This document shows, in pieces, positions 31,950-42,623 of a stretch of 64,000 nt of DNA; position 1 is the first letter of the stretch, and every line of letters starts with the position of its first letter. A model generated the notes under the pieces. The model saw only the letters and a list, made by a program, of their open reading frames with translations. It had not been told where the DNA came from and did no database searches. The DNA is from Cyanobacteria bacterium P01_F01_bin.13 (GTDB lineage: Bacteria; Cyanobacteriota; Cyanobacteriia; Phormidesmidales; Phormidesmidaceae). The stretch is from the NCBI GenBank assembly GCA_039191365.1, contig JBCCXQ010000004.1:6458-70457 (forward strand). Direction: 5' to 3'. The translations under genes and the position numbers were made by a program.

Positions 31950-32552
31950 CTATTCGGGCACCAACTCCACGTTCAATTCATTTACTGGTCGACGACGAAG
32001 CTGCTGAGATTCATCCCGAGGCAACAGATCAAACACCTCCCGAAAGACATCATCAACGGCTTCGTAGCTTACCTCACCAGTCTGATCAAAACGGATATTA
32101 CCTTTGGCGTCTAGCACCAGTGTTTGAGGTACAGCCCCATTAAAGTAATAACCTGGTTCGCTAGGGGTAAAGGAATCTTTGAGAGGAACCGCATCAGCCA
32201 TCACAGGCACAAAGTTGGCTACCCTGCCATAGGGTGCCTGGAGTTGTGAAACCACAAATGAATATTCTTTGCAATCACGACTGTCATCCACATAGAAAAA
32301 CAACAGTGTTGGTTTTCCTTGCTTGAGGGACTGTGCCAGATTCACACGGGGAGGGACAATAGAACCGTTACCGGCATAGAGCGCAAAAATATTGCCATCG
32401 TATCTGTCATCGGTGAGGCTGGCCAAGGCCTTTCCAGGAAAGCAAACAACAGAAACAAGAAGGGTTGCGATCGCAGCTCCAACTACCAACCAGCGACCAA
32501 TCCCCTGCCAATTGACGTCTGCTCGCAGCTGTCCTGCACCGAAACTAGCCAT
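31950..32552 (-). CDS. Thioredoxin-like thylakoid membrane protein (photosystem I accumulation factor family)
   Basis: DDRYDGNIFALYAGNGSIVPP, FYVDDSRDCK, VFDLLPR..S..L.RR..NE.N.E; start uncertain. Confidence 0.75.
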   Translation of the reverse strand: MASFGAGQLRADVNWQGIGRWLVVGAAIATLLVSVVCFPGKALASLTDDRYDGNIFALYAGNGSIVPPRVNLAQSLKQGKPTLLFFYVDDSRDCKEYSFVVSQLQAPYGRVANFVPVMADAVPLKDSFTPSEPGYYFNGAVPQTLVLDAKGNIRFDQTGEVSYEAVDDVFREVFDLLPRDESQQLRRRPVNELNVELVPE

Positions 32553-32635
32553 AAACCTGACCCACAGATTACAGTAATTACCATTAGGCCACAGAATGAG
32601 CACTCTCTCTTCAAACTCACATTGGAAAAGTCAAA

Positions 32636-33217
32636 CTAAGTGCCCTTAAAACTACCAATAATAGTTTCTAGCTCAGCTCTGGCAGCAGGATAATTTTCAG
32701 CCGTCGTCCAAGCAACAACCTGATAGTAGTTCGTATCGCCTTCTACCGTTGTGTGTAAATACACGATGGGCTGATTATCTACCCGGCCCCGCACCTCATA
32801 CTGCACAGCATCAAGGCCATTTAAGGAGGTCATGATCGTAGCCACCCCAGGCTGCTCCTGGGTCAGGCCCCGATCTAAAAAACTGAGATATTGATCGGCA
32901 TTATTCGCCAAGCTAAAACCACCCACTTCTGAGCCTTTCGAGTCAGCCAATACCATCACATACATCGCCCTATCTTCACGAGCCGCGTATAAGTCCGCAT
33001 CAGGGCGCAGAGTTTGGACATCAACCCAGCCCTGAGGCAGCGTCAGCTGGACATTGCTGCTCTTATTCTCAAGTAGCTTTTGACCATTCGATAGGTTCTG
33101 AATTGAGATGGCATTGATAACGTCCTTGGCCCGGTCACCAAAGCGATCGCAACTCGTTGCTCCTAACAATAAACAGGTAGAAAAAACTATAAGCGAGCGT
33201 TTCCTGAGCAAAAACAT
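32636..33217 (-). CDS. Hypothetical lipoprotein (possibly PsbP/Mog1-like fold)
   Basis: Lipobox ATSC; LTLP.GW, INGL-like MTSLNGLDAVQY and II.SF pattern. Confidence 0.65.
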   Translation of the reverse strand: MFLLRKRSLIVFSTCLLLGATSCDRFGDRAKDVINAISIQNLSNGQKLLENKSSNVQLTLPQGWVDVQTLRPDADLYAAREDRAMYVMVLADSKGSEVGGFSLANNADQYLSFLDRGLTQEQPGVATIMTSLNGLDAVQYEVRGRVDNQPIVYLHTTVEGDTNYYQVVAWTTAENYPAARAELETIIGSFKGT

Positions 33218-33557
33218 ACTTCCCTAATGCCTAAAAACCATTGACCTGTTCTAACGCACAAGCATTTGCTGGCACATTGTATAGCGTTTGTCCCATTCCT
33301 AGAACAACAATGTAGTCCCCATAAAAATGCTAAATCACTAAATATCTATGCATACGAACGCCTGGACTACTTGACTTTAATGTGCATATACCCATCAGCC
33401 AAAGCATAAACCATATTCCAATACAATCTAGAGTTTTCTCAACGAAAAAACTAATGTTTAGGCTGCAGACATATCCAATTAATGTGCACCAAGACCGCAA
33501 GGTTATCGCTTTGGCCTATGCTGGACTATGGCAATTTCTTCATAAAAATTAGAGGCC

Positions 33558-34649
33558 ATGCTCAGAGCTGGTATCGTTGGGCTTCCCAATGTAGGCAAAT
33601 CCACACTTTTCAATGCGCTGGTCGAAAACGCAAAAGCCCAAGCCGCAAACTTTCCGTTCTGCACCATTGAGCCTAATGTTGGCGTCGTAGCTGTGCCCGA
33701 TTCCCGACTCACAGTCCTTACTGATATTTCTCAATCTGAGAATACAGTTCCTGCCCGTATTGAATTTGTAGACATTGCAGGCTTAGTTAAAGGTGCTAGC
33801 AAAGGCGAAGGATTGGGCAATCAGTTTCTAGCGAACATTCGCGAAGTAGACGCCATTGTTCACGTTGTCCGCTGTTTCGAAAACGACGATATTATCCATG
33901 TTGATGGCTCTATCGACCCCATCAGAGATGCAGAAATCATCAACTTGGAATTAGCTCTCGCAGACCTCGAACAAATTGAACGTCGTATGGAGCGTGTTCG
34001 GAAACAGGCTAGACGAGACCCTGAAGCCCAGGCAGAGCTAGCTGTTCTGGAAAAAATTCAACCTGTACTTGCCGAGGGCAAATCTGCCCGCACCGTGACC
34101 TTAGAAGAGGACGAAGAACTCTTAATCAAATCCCTAGGCTTCCTCACCCGAAAGCCTATCATCTACGCTGCTAACGTCTCCGAAGACGAACTGGCTGAGG
34201 GGAATGCCTGGGTTGAAAACGTCAAAACCCTGGCTGAAGAGGAGGATGCTCAGGTCGTCACTATTTCCGCCCAAGTGGAAGCTGAGTTGCTAGAACTCCC
34301 CGAAGATGAACGGGCAGATTTTTTGGAAGCCCTCGGTGTCACAGAAGGGGGACTTAAGTCTCTGATCCGCGCCACCTATAACCTACTGGGACTGCGCACC
34401 TACTTCACCACTGGTCCAAAGGAAACACGCGCCTGGACTATCACTGCGGGCATGTCAGCACCCCAAGCAGCAGGCGTTATTCACACTGACTTTGAACGCG
34501 GTTTTATTCGCGCTGAGACCATTGCCTACGAAGACTTAGTTGAGCATGGCTCTATGAATGCAGCCAAGGAGAAAGGTCTGTTGCGCAGTGAGGGTAAGGA
34601 TTACACCGTTCAGGAGGGCGACGTTATGCTCTTTAAATTTAATGTCTAA
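33558..34649 (+). CDS. ychF: Redox-regulated ATPase YchF
   Basis: GIVGLPNVGKST, NFPFCTIEPN, DIAGLV.GAS.GEGLGNQFL, IHTDFERGFIRAE. Confidence 0.98.
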   Translation: MLRAGIVGLPNVGKSTLFNALVENAKAQAANFPFCTIEPNVGVVAVPDSRLTVLTDISQSENTVPARIEFVDIAGLVKGASKGEGLGNQFLANIREVDAIVHVVRCFENDDIIHVDGSIDPIRDAEIINLELALADLEQIERRMERVRKQARRDPEAQAELAVLEKIQPVLAEGKSARTVTLEEDEELLIKSLGFLTRKPIIYAANVSEDELAEGNAWVENVKTLAEEEDAQVVTISAQVEAELLELPEDERADFLEALGVTEGGLKSLIRATYNLLGLRTYFTTGPKETRAWTITAGMSAPQAAGVIHTDFERGFIRAETIAYEDLVEHGSMNAAKEKGLLRSEGKDYTVQEGDVMLFKFNV

Positions 34650-34652
34650 ACC

Positions 34653-35126
34653 ATGACAAATACAGAAAGCTTTAGGCCATCAAGCTTGCACCTGAAGCGC
34701 CCCTGCTTACTGGTGGCCGATCTAGAGCGATCTCTAACACTGTATCGCGATTGTCTGGGTTTTAGTCTTGACTATGTGGGCAAGGCCGACCCCAACTCCT
34801 ACCTTTACCCGGTATTTCAACTCCCGACAGAAGCCCAGCTCAGGTTCGCAGCGCTGAGCACTGAGCAAGAACCCCGCGCTCTGGCCCTAACTGAGGTAAA
34901 AGGCAGCCAATTGCCACACCCATCTAGTCCCCACATGGGAGCAACCGTCATTCGAGTACCCTCCCTAAAAGACGTCTTACCCCAACTCAAGACACTGGGT
35001 CTGAGCCCAATTGAAGCTAGCTCATTCTCCACACCGCCCAATCTCATCTTCACAGAACAGGCCGTTTGTGACTTTGATGGTCATCTGATTGTGCTTTACG
35101 AAGTGCAACGGTCCCCCAACCCCTAG
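34653..35126 (+). CDS. VOC/glyoxalase family protein
   Basis: L.VADLERSL.LY...LGF and DFDGHLIVLYE; 3 nt after ychF. Confidence 0.8.
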   Translation: MTNTESFRPSSLHLKRPCLLVADLERSLTLYRDCLGFSLDYVGKADPNSYLYPVFQLPTEAQLRFAALSTEQEPRALALTEVKGSQLPHPSSPHMGATVIRVPSLKDVLPQLKTLGLSPIEASSFSTPPNLIFTEQAVCDFDGHLIVLYEVQRSPNP

Positions 35127-35245
35127 ACCTAACTGTCCTAGCTTCGATTCTCCATACCTGCTGACAAAAATCTACGACTAGAGACTATCCATCCAGAGCA
35201 GATCCGATTAGAATCTGTCCAACGCCATACACTAGCTCGGACGCT

Positions 35246-36088
35246 GTGATTAATCGGTTTCTGAAAGCTCCGTTCACAATTCCCTCTTGGGCAACCCTGT
35301 CATTGATTATGAACGGGGTACTCTTTATTGCGCTTCTAGTGGTGTGGCAAGAAAAATCCGACGGCGGTGATCCAACAGTACTTCCCCAAGCCAATGCAGC
35401 CTATGCCACCCATCCATTAACCGCTAAAAATCCTAATCTTCCCCCCTTAGGTACCCGCCAGCAGCTGGATTATCAGCAATGGGTTACGTTGCTGGGTCAA
35501 GAAATAGCGACCATGGCCGCTAAAAATCCAGACCACTTAACGCTCCTATTGGGGGATTCATTGAGTCTATGGTTTCCAGCAGAACTGCTACCAGGCCGAC
35601 GGGTTTGGATGAACCAGGGAATTTCGGGAGAAAAAACCTACAGCTTACTCACCAGGCTTCATTTACTCGATGTCGCCGATGTGGATACCATCTTTTTAAT
35701 GATTGGGATTAATGATTTGATTTGGGGCCAAAGCGATCAGCAGGTACTGGCCAACTATTACGACATTATGGACTACCTGGTGACCCATCATCCCAATACC
35801 CAGATTGTCGTGCAGTCCATTTTGCCTCACGGTGCAGAAACCTCCACCTGGGAAAGCCGCCATCTGCTGCTGGAGCTACCGAACGAGCGCATTCGGGCCA
35901 TGAACCAATCGCTCAAAGATATTGCTGAGAAATACGACGCCCACTATTTGGAGCTATATCCCATTTTTTCTAATGGCGAAGGGAACCTGAGATCAGATTT
36001 AACTACGGATGGGCTGCATCTAAATCGTGAGGGCTATCTGGTGTGGCGGGCTGCGATCGCACTTTACAGCCAACTCGAATTACCCTAA
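35246..36088 (+). CDS. SGNH/GDSL hydrolase with N-terminal TM
   Basis: LGDSLS, NQGISGE, MIGIND, DGLH. Confidence 0.9.
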   Translation: MINRFLKAPFTIPSWATLSLIMNGVLFIALLVVWQEKSDGGDPTVLPQANAAYATHPLTAKNPNLPPLGTRQQLDYQQWVTLLGQEIATMAAKNPDHLTLLLGDSLSLWFPAELLPGRRVWMNQGISGEKTYSLLTRLHLLDVADVDTIFLMIGINDLIWGQSDQQVLANYYDIMDYLVTHHPNTQIVVQSILPHGAETSTWESRHLLLELPNERIRAMNQSLKDIAEKYDAHYLELYPIFSNGEGNLRSDLTTDGLHLNREGYLVWRAAIALYSQLELP

Positions 36089-36166
36089 CCCTGAGCACAC
36101 CATTCCCCACCGACCATTCACACCATTCGGTAGACTAGGTATATCTTCTGCCTCTTTGTAAAACCA

Positions 36167-37387
36167 ATGGATACCAGAGCGTTTCGCCGTAAGCTCAACA
36201 AATCTGAGAACTACTATCGTAACCAGGGCTTTGGCGAAAAAGAAAAAATTGCCACTCAGATGGGTGACGAGTACCAAAGCGATCTGATTCAAACCATCCG
36301 AGACCAAGGGTATGCCTACACCCAGGGAGATGTCACCATTAAGCTAGCCCAGGATTTTGGATTTTGCTGGGGTGTAGAACGCGCCATTGCCATGGCTTAC
36401 GAAGCACGCCAACATTTCCCAAACCAACGCATTTGGATTACCAACGAAATTATCCATAATCCTGGTGTAAATCAGCGTTTGGCAGACATGGATGTGCACT
36501 TTGTGCAGGTGATTGATGCCAAAAAGGACTTTTCTGGCGTCAGACAAAACGATGTAGTTATTTTGCCTGCCTTTGGTGCCAGCATTGAAGAAATGCAGCT
36601 GCTCAACGAACGCGGTTGCAGCATTATCGACACCACTTGCCCTTGGGTATCTCGGGTATGGACTACCCTTGAAAAACACAAAAAGCAGTCGTTTACCTCA
36701 ATCATTCACGGCAAATATAAGCATGAAGAAACGGTAGCAACTAAGTCCTTTGCTGAGACCTACCTGGTCATTCTCAACTTGAGTGAAGCTCAGTATGTTG
36801 CAGACTATATTCTTCATGGTGGCGACCGCAATGAATTTCTCTCTAAATTTGCTAACGCTCATTCAGCAGATTTTGACCCCGATCGCGATCTAGAGGCAAT
36901 TGGTATCGCGAATCAAACCACAATGCTCAAAGGAGAAACAGAGCAAATCGGCAAACTTTTTGAGCATACGATGCTGAAAAAGTACGGCCCTCAAACCATT
37001 AACGACCACTTTTCCAGCTTTAACACCATCTGCAACGCTACCCAGGAGCGACAGGACGCCATGTTCAACCTGGTAGATATGGACATGGACCTGATGGTAG
37101 TGATCGGTGGATTTAACTCATCCAATACAACGCACCTACAAGAAATTGCCATCGAAAGAGGCATTCCTTCGTATCACATTGACGGTCCTCAGCGCCTTGG
37201 CCCCGACAATCGGATCGAGCACCAGCCCTTACATCAAACGCTCACCATTTCCGAAAATTGGCTACCCTCAGGCAAAGTCGTTATCGGTATTACCTCAGGG
37301 GCCTCCACACCAGATAAATCAGTGGCCCAAGTAATTCAACGTATCTTTGAACTAAAGGCAACACTTCCCACACCGACAGCCGTATAA
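36167..37387 (+). CDS. ispH: 4-hydroxy-3-methylbut-2-enyl diphosphate reductase
   Basis: [51 protein letters not shown]. Confidence 0.97.
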   Translation: MDTRAFRRKLNKSENYYRNQGFGEKEKIATQMGDEYQSDLIQTIRDQGYAYTQGDVTIKLAQDFGFCWGVERAIAMAYEARQHFPNQRIWITNEIIHNPGVNQRLADMDVHFVQVIDAKKDFSGVRQNDVVILPAFGASIEEMQLLNERGCSIIDTTCPWVSRVWTTLEKHKKQSFTSIIHGKYKHEETVATKSFAETYLVILNLSEAQYVADYILHGGDRNEFLSKFANAHSADFDPDRDLEAIGIANQTTMLKGETEQIGKLFEHTMLKKYGPQTINDHFSSFNTICNATQERQDAMFNLVDMDMDLMVVIGGFNSSNTTHLQEIAIERGIPSYHIDGPQRLGPDNRIEHQPLHQTLTISENWLPSGKVVIGITSGASTPDKSVAQVIQRIFELKATLPTPTAV

Positions 37388-37776
37388 CACTTGCATATCT
37401 TGAAATAATTCAAAAACAACACTAGCGTTCTAAGTGGTGACAGATACTTTTTCTGCTTAGAATAGCGAGATGTTCAATTAAAGTAAGCGTTGTCTTCCCA
37501 TTCAGGGATAGACCTTTCCTTTATTGTTTAATACCTGGCTTTTTAATACCTAAAAATAAAAAAACCGTCGTCAGCTTTTGGAGATAGTCCATATTTTATG
37601 GAACGTCTATCCATAGCCCACGCAAGCTTTTTAACTGGCATCCTGGTTGCAATTTATACTTGCTTCATCACTTAGACGCTGCTTCCGTGGCTACACGGGT
37701 GCCATTACATCCGAAAATCATTAATTCTTTTAGGTAGACTTAGCTGACGCTTATTAAGTTCCTGATTGAGTTCCCG

Positions 37777-39150
37777 GTGGATATGGCCCGTAAAGATATT
37801 CAGCATGCACAATACGTCCTTTATGACTTCTTTCTCTACAGTGTTCAGGCAGAACCTGTAGATGTTGTTTTAGCTACCTTCCGCCGCTTATTTGTCGATT
37901 ACACAGAATCGTCAACAGAGTCGGAACTCCCTGTGGCTCTATATTCTATTGTTATCGCCAACAGTGAGCAGCAGTTCCTCTTCACCCTCAAGCGCGTTTG
38001 CTACATTTTGATTAACAATTGGGGAATTCAACGCCGACCAGACGCCATTAGATCTTTGATCAAATTGTTTGACGATCGTGTGCTCATGCGACCAGGGATT
38101 TCATTAATTCTCAAACGTTTGCGTGGTTGGATGCAGGATTTCATTACCAGTCAAGACTTTCAGGACCTCAAGCTGTTTGCCGCTCGTTACGAACACCACG
38201 AACATTGGAGCAGCCGATACACGTCTTATCTGTTAGCCCCCCAGTATCTGAATCTAGACAATCCTCTGGAACAAAGGGAAGCAGCTCGCAGCCTCTCTTC
38301 ACAGCTTAAGTCTAAGTTTCGCTTTGACTTGGCCATGTACACCGCTAAGTCACAAATGAAGTCTCAAGCTACTACGGTGGACAACCCAACTGTTTTAGGA
38401 GAAGCCGCTATCAATTTGGTAAAGATGCTGCTACTCCAGCCAGGACGATTTGGCTATGAAAACCTGGCTAATTTATTACGAAAGCAATGCAATCAAATCA
38501 ACTATTGGGACTTTAAACGAGCAATCCTGCATTACCTGGTATATGCGCTTCCCAACAGCCCGCTCACCCATCAACTGAAAGCCAAACTGCCTGATTCACT
38601 GCTGTCATTGTATGGCCATTATGATCAAGAGCTAATCAGTGATGCCTTAATTTTGAGAACATGCAGACGTATAGTGGATAGCCTCACATCGGAAGATGGA
38701 GATAACCCCTCTAAGTTCTTTCGTATGTTTCTGACCCAAGGGAATCCTCTAGTATTGGTAATTTTACTCCTCAAGGTTGCCTTATTTTGCCCCAATATAC
38801 AGTCTCATCTGGAGCTGCGAATTGCTAACCTGATTCGCTATTACAAGACCTACTCAGAGGATGACTGCCGCTGGGTGATCAACTTTTTTGAAGTATTCCG
38901 CATTACGTTTGCTGTGTATGCCAGTGGCACGCTCTATAACTTAGTGCAGGTTTCCAACGGCGATCCGACAGCGACGACCCTAAGCACCTATCGAATTTTC
39001 TCACAACTGCGAGATAGTAATATTGATTTTGACCGAGTTGCTTCAGAAATTAAACAGGACTTACAAGTGCATGAGCCTTTACCCATAACAAAACTATCTG
39101 CGGAGATTGCCACCATCTCTCCAAACATGCCTAGTGTTATGGCTAGCTAG
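37777..39150 (+). CDS. Hypothetical protein of a family seen in filamentous cyanobacteria
   Basis: 457-aa ORF; LKRVCYILINNW, F.FDLAMYTA and NPT.LG blocks look conserved; function unknown. Confidence 0.75.
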   Translation: MDMARKDIQHAQYVLYDFFLYSVQAEPVDVVLATFRRLFVDYTESSTESELPVALYSIVIANSEQQFLFTLKRVCYILINNWGIQRRPDAIRSLIKLFDDRVLMRPGISLILKRLRGWMQDFITSQDFQDLKLFAARYEHHEHWSSRYTSYLLAPQYLNLDNPLEQREAARSLSSQLKSKFRFDLAMYTAKSQMKSQATTVDNPTVLGEAAINLVKMLLLQPGRFGYENLANLLRKQCNQINYWDFKRAILHYLVYALPNSPLTHQLKAKLPDSLLSLYGHYDQELISDALILRTCRRIVDSLTSEDGDNPSKFFRMFLTQGNPLVLVILLLKVALFCPNIQSHLELRIANLIRYYKTYSEDDCRWVINFFEVFRITFAVYASGTLYNLVQVSNGDPTATTLSTYRIFSQLRDSNIDFDRVASEIKQDLQVHEPLPITKLSAEIATISPNMPSVMAS

Positions 39151-39956
39151 TCTTGCTGGCGAGCAAACTGATAGGCTCCTGTCATGGAAAGTGCGATCGC
39201 AACTACCAGTAGTATGGGAATTGAATACCAGGGAAACTGGCTTAAGGGCTGATATGCGGCCGCTCGCAAACCAATCGTGGTGTAAGTGAGTGGTAGCAAA
39301 TAAACAATGCCTTTTAGCAAAGTCGGTAGCGCCGTCGGATCAAAAAAGGTCCCTCCCAGAAATGACATCGGCACAATCAAAAAGTTATTAAACAGTCCTA
39401 CACTTTCCAAGGACTTAACGTTTAACCCAACAATGACCCCCAGACCTGCAAATACAGCGCAGTTCAGGACGAGTAATAGCAAAAACAGCGGATTGAGGAA
39501 GCTCCATACATCACGAGTAAAGAGCACCGCCACTAAAATCACCGACCCAGCTGTCAACATCCCCCGTACAATTCCAGCCAGCATTTTTCCTAAATGCATC
39601 GCTAAAGGATGAATGGGAAACAGCAGCATCTCATCAAAGTTCTTGGTGAAGAGCCGTTCTCCACAGATGGAAAACGTGGTCCCGCCAAAGCTAATCACCA
39701 TCGATGACAGGGCCACCATCCCTGGCAAAATAAATTCCAAATAACTCTCTCCTACAGGGGGAGGGGCCACTTGATCAAGGGAACTTCCCAGGCCCAAACC
39801 AAATGCCAGGATATAGATGAGTGGAGATACGAGGCCTGATGCTGCCACCTGGGGAATCCGTACTCGTAAATCTAACCAGTCTCCCCAAAAAATGGTCAAA
39901 CTATCTGCTATTAAGGTACGTAAAGTACGGGTCTTTAAAATTTTCACAGCAGGCAA
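39147..39956 (-). CDS. ABC-2 type transporter permease
   Basis: Six TMs; YLEFILPG, PMSFLGGTFF, LPLTY. Confidence 0.9.
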   Translation of the reverse strand: MPAVKILKTRTLRTLIADSLTIFWGDWLDLRVRIPQVAASGLVSPLIYILAFGLGLGSSLDQVAPPPVGESYLEFILPGMVALSSMVISFGGTTFSICGERLFTKNFDEMLLFPIHPLAMHLGKMLAGIVRGMLTAGSVILVAVLFTRDVWSFLNPLFLLLLVLNCAVFAGLGVIVGLNVKSLESVGLFNNFLIVPMSFLGGTFFDPTALPTLLKGIVYLLPLTYTTIGLRAAAYQPLSQFPWYSIPILLVVAIALSMTGAYQFARQQD

Positions 39957-40143
39957 TTGTTAAATATATCTTTCATTATCAACGCAATAGCGCCGTTTGC
40001 CCCATGCTCTTTGCAAACACAGATAATCAGCCCACATGAGTTCATATTTAATAGCGACCAAGCCCATTTCAGCACTCAGTTGACTTGAGAAAATTGCTTA
40101 ATAAAGCAATCCAAGCCTAAAGCTGACAGCCTTTTCCAAAATT

Positions 40144-40204
40144 CTGAAGAACTATTACACTTCTTCACGAACCATACAGACAACGTTATATGCAGTGATA
40201 CCTT
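40144..40204 (+). promoter_or_regulatory. psaD promoter with HLR1-like (RpaB) direct repeats
   Basis: CTGAAGAA-ct-ATTACACT-tc-TTCACGAA at 10-bp period upstream of extended -10 TGaTACCTT (40196-40204); psaD is an established RpaB target. Confidence 0.5.
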
Positions 40205-40238
40205 AATAAATAATAAGGTTGAGAAATTATATTTTCAC

Positions 40239-40667
40239 ATGTCTGAAGCAATTACTGGCAAAACTCCGATCTTTGGTGGCAGCACCGGCGGTTTACTGTC
40301 CGCTGCAGAACGCGAAGAAAAGTACGTTATTACTTGGATCAGCAAAAAAGAAATGCCCTTTGAAATGCCCACTGGTGGCGTTGCCATCATGCACGAGGGT
40401 GAGAATATGATGTACTTTGCTCGCAAAGAGCAATGTTTAGCTCTCAGTCGTCAACTGAAAACCCGGCTTAAGCCCAAAATTAATAAGTACAAAATTTATC
40501 GAGTTTTCCCCAGTGGTGAGACAGTTTATCTGCATCCTGCTGATGGTGTTGTGCCTGAAAAGGCTAACGAAGGTCGTGAATATAACGGTAAGAAGGATCG
40601 TCGTATTGGTGAGAATCCAAGCCCTGCAACGATTAAGTTCACCGGCAAAAATCCCTGCGAGGTCTAG
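40239..40667 (+). CDS. psaD: Photosystem I subunit II
   Basis: [41 protein letters not shown]. Confidence 0.98.
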   Translation: MSEAITGKTPIFGGSTGGLLSAAEREEKYVITWISKKEMPFEMPTGGVAIMHEGENMMYFARKEQCLALSRQLKTRLKPKINKYKIYRVFPSGETVYLHPADGVVPEKANEGREYNGKKDRRIGENPSPATIKFTGKNPCEV

Positions 40668-40735
40668 GAATATTCAGTGCAAAGATGTTCAATGGCGGCT
40701 TGATGCCGATGTTATGAACTAGCAATCTGATTTAG

Positions 40736-40767
40736 AAGAGGCAGTCATTGGCTGCCTCTTTCTATTT
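40736..40767 (+). terminator. Terminator after psaD
   Basis: aagaggcagtc-att-ggctgcctctt followed by tctattt. Confidence 0.75.
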
Positions 40768-40914
40768 ATGGTGGCAAAGATACTTGTCCATCTTTCTCAA
40801 AACTGCTTGCCAAGGGTTCAAATCGTAAGGCAGTCTTAATAGACTCGCCCATATTCAGGACAACATTTTGAGTGAAACCTGAGTGTGGTTTATGCTCACC
40901 GCTCCAACCACTGA

Positions 40915-42447
40915 ATGATTTTTCCCGACATTGCCACATTTCAGTCCCTGGCCAACCAGGGAAATTTTATTCCGGTTTATCAGGAATGGGTTGCCGATTT
41001 AGATACGCCTGTATCTGCCTGGTGCAAGGTGTGTGCCGGTCAACCTTATAGCTTTTTGCTAGAGTCGGTAGAGGGCGGGGAAAACATTGGTCGCTATAGT
41101 TTATTGGGATGCGATCCGCTCTGGACTCTAGAAGCCAGAGGAGAAACTACCACTCAGCGTTTTAGAGACGGCAAGAAGCAGGTCTTTAAAGGCAATCCAT
41201 TTGATATTCTGGCTGATTGTCTTGCCCCCTACCAGCCAGTTAAATTGCCAGCCTTACCTCCTGGCATTGGCGGTTTATTTGGCTTTTGGGGCTATGAGCT
41301 GATTAACTGGATTGAACCAACGGTAACAACCCATCCTGCTGTAGACGGTGACTTACCAGATGGTCTATGGATGCAGGTGGATAGCTTATTAATTTTTGAC
41401 CAGGTCAAGCGAAAAATTTGGGCGATAAGTTATGCGGATCTGCGAGAGCCTGACATCAACTTAGAACAAGCATATTGGAAAAGTTGCGATCGCATCAACA
41501 ACCTGGTCACCCAACTCAACCTTCCCCTAGCTAGCCAAGATAGTCGTCTTGCCTGGACTCCCCCCGGCAGTAACCAAGCTATCGAACTAAGCTATACCAG
41601 TAACCGCAGCAAAAACGAATTCTGCCAAAGTGTTGAAACCGCCAAAGCCCATATCAAGGCTGGCGACATCTTTCAGGTCGTCATTTCCCAGCGCCTCACT
41701 ACAAACTACAGCGGCAATCCGTTTGACTTGTATCGGTCGCTGCGACTGGTTAATCCGTCTCCCTACATGGCTTATTTCAATTTCCAAGACTGGCAGATTA
41801 TTGGTTCTAGTCCTGAAGTCATGGTCAAAGCCACTCGCGATGGGGATGACGGTACTCTCACTGCGATCTTACGCCCCATTGCTGGCACCCGTCCTCGTGG
41901 AAAAAGTATCGACGAAGATAATAGCTACGCCGAAGATTTACTAGCCGATCCGAAAGAAATTGCCGAGCACGTGATGCTCGTCGATCTGGGACGCAACGAC
42001 CTAGGACGCGTATGCACTAGCGGCACCGTTAGCGTGGATGAACTGATGATCATTGAGCGTTACTCCCATGTGATGCATATTGTCAGCAATGTGGTTGGTA
42101 AGCTGGCTCCTGATAAAACCGCATGGGATTTACTTAAAGCCTCTTTCCCAGCAGGCACCGTCAGCGGCGCACCTAAAATTCGTGCCATGCAGATTATCAA
42201 CGACCTGGAGCCCTGTCGTCGCGGTCCCTATTCCGGTGTCTATGGCTACTACGACTTTGAAGGCCAGCTTAATAGCGCCATTACCATTCGCACCATGATT
42301 GTAGAAAGCAAAGAAGATGGGAACCATCGAATCAGCGTCCAGGCAGGAGCCGGGCTAGTGGCCGATTCAATCCCTGAAAACGAATATCAAGAAACCCTCA
42401 ATAAAGCCCGAGGCATGCTAGAAGCCGTTCGCTGCTTAACAACTTAA
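40915..42447 (+). CDS. trpE: Anthranilate synthase component I
   Basis: FLLESVEGG, GDIFQVV.SQR, NPSPYM, PIAGTRPRG, EHVMLVDLGRND, FPAGTVSGAPK. Confidence 0.97.
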   Translation: MIFPDIATFQSLANQGNFIPVYQEWVADLDTPVSAWCKVCAGQPYSFLLESVEGGENIGRYSLLGCDPLWTLEARGETTTQRFRDGKKQVFKGNPFDILADCLAPYQPVKLPALPPGIGGLFGFWGYELINWIEPTVTTHPAVDGDLPDGLWMQVDSLLIFDQVKRKIWAISYADLREPDINLEQAYWKSCDRINNLVTQLNLPLASQDSRLAWTPPGSNQAIELSYTSNRSKNEFCQSVETAKAHIKAGDIFQVVISQRLTTNYSGNPFDLYRSLRLVNPSPYMAYFNFQDWQIIGSSPEVMVKATRDGDDGTLTAILRPIAGTRPRGKSIDEDNSYAEDLLADPKEIAEHVMLVDLGRNDLGRVCTSGTVSVDELMIIERYSHVMHIVSNVVGKLAPDKTAWDLLKASFPAGTVSGAPKIRAMQIINDLEPCRRGPYSGVYGYYDFEGQLNSAITIRTMIVESKEDGNHRISVQAGAGLVADSIPENEYQETLNKARGMLEAVRCLTT

Positions 42448-42623
42448 GGACAGCAAACAGGCCAATTAGAACAAAGGATTGAATGAGGGACTATTGCTCT
42501 GATGTTCTAACCAGAATCTCCCAGAACTCACGTTTGAAAAAGCAACATAGCCCCTACGTCTAACAAAATACGACATAGCGGCTATATAGATCGCAGACTG
42601 CTGAAATCGTCTTCGGTATAGCC

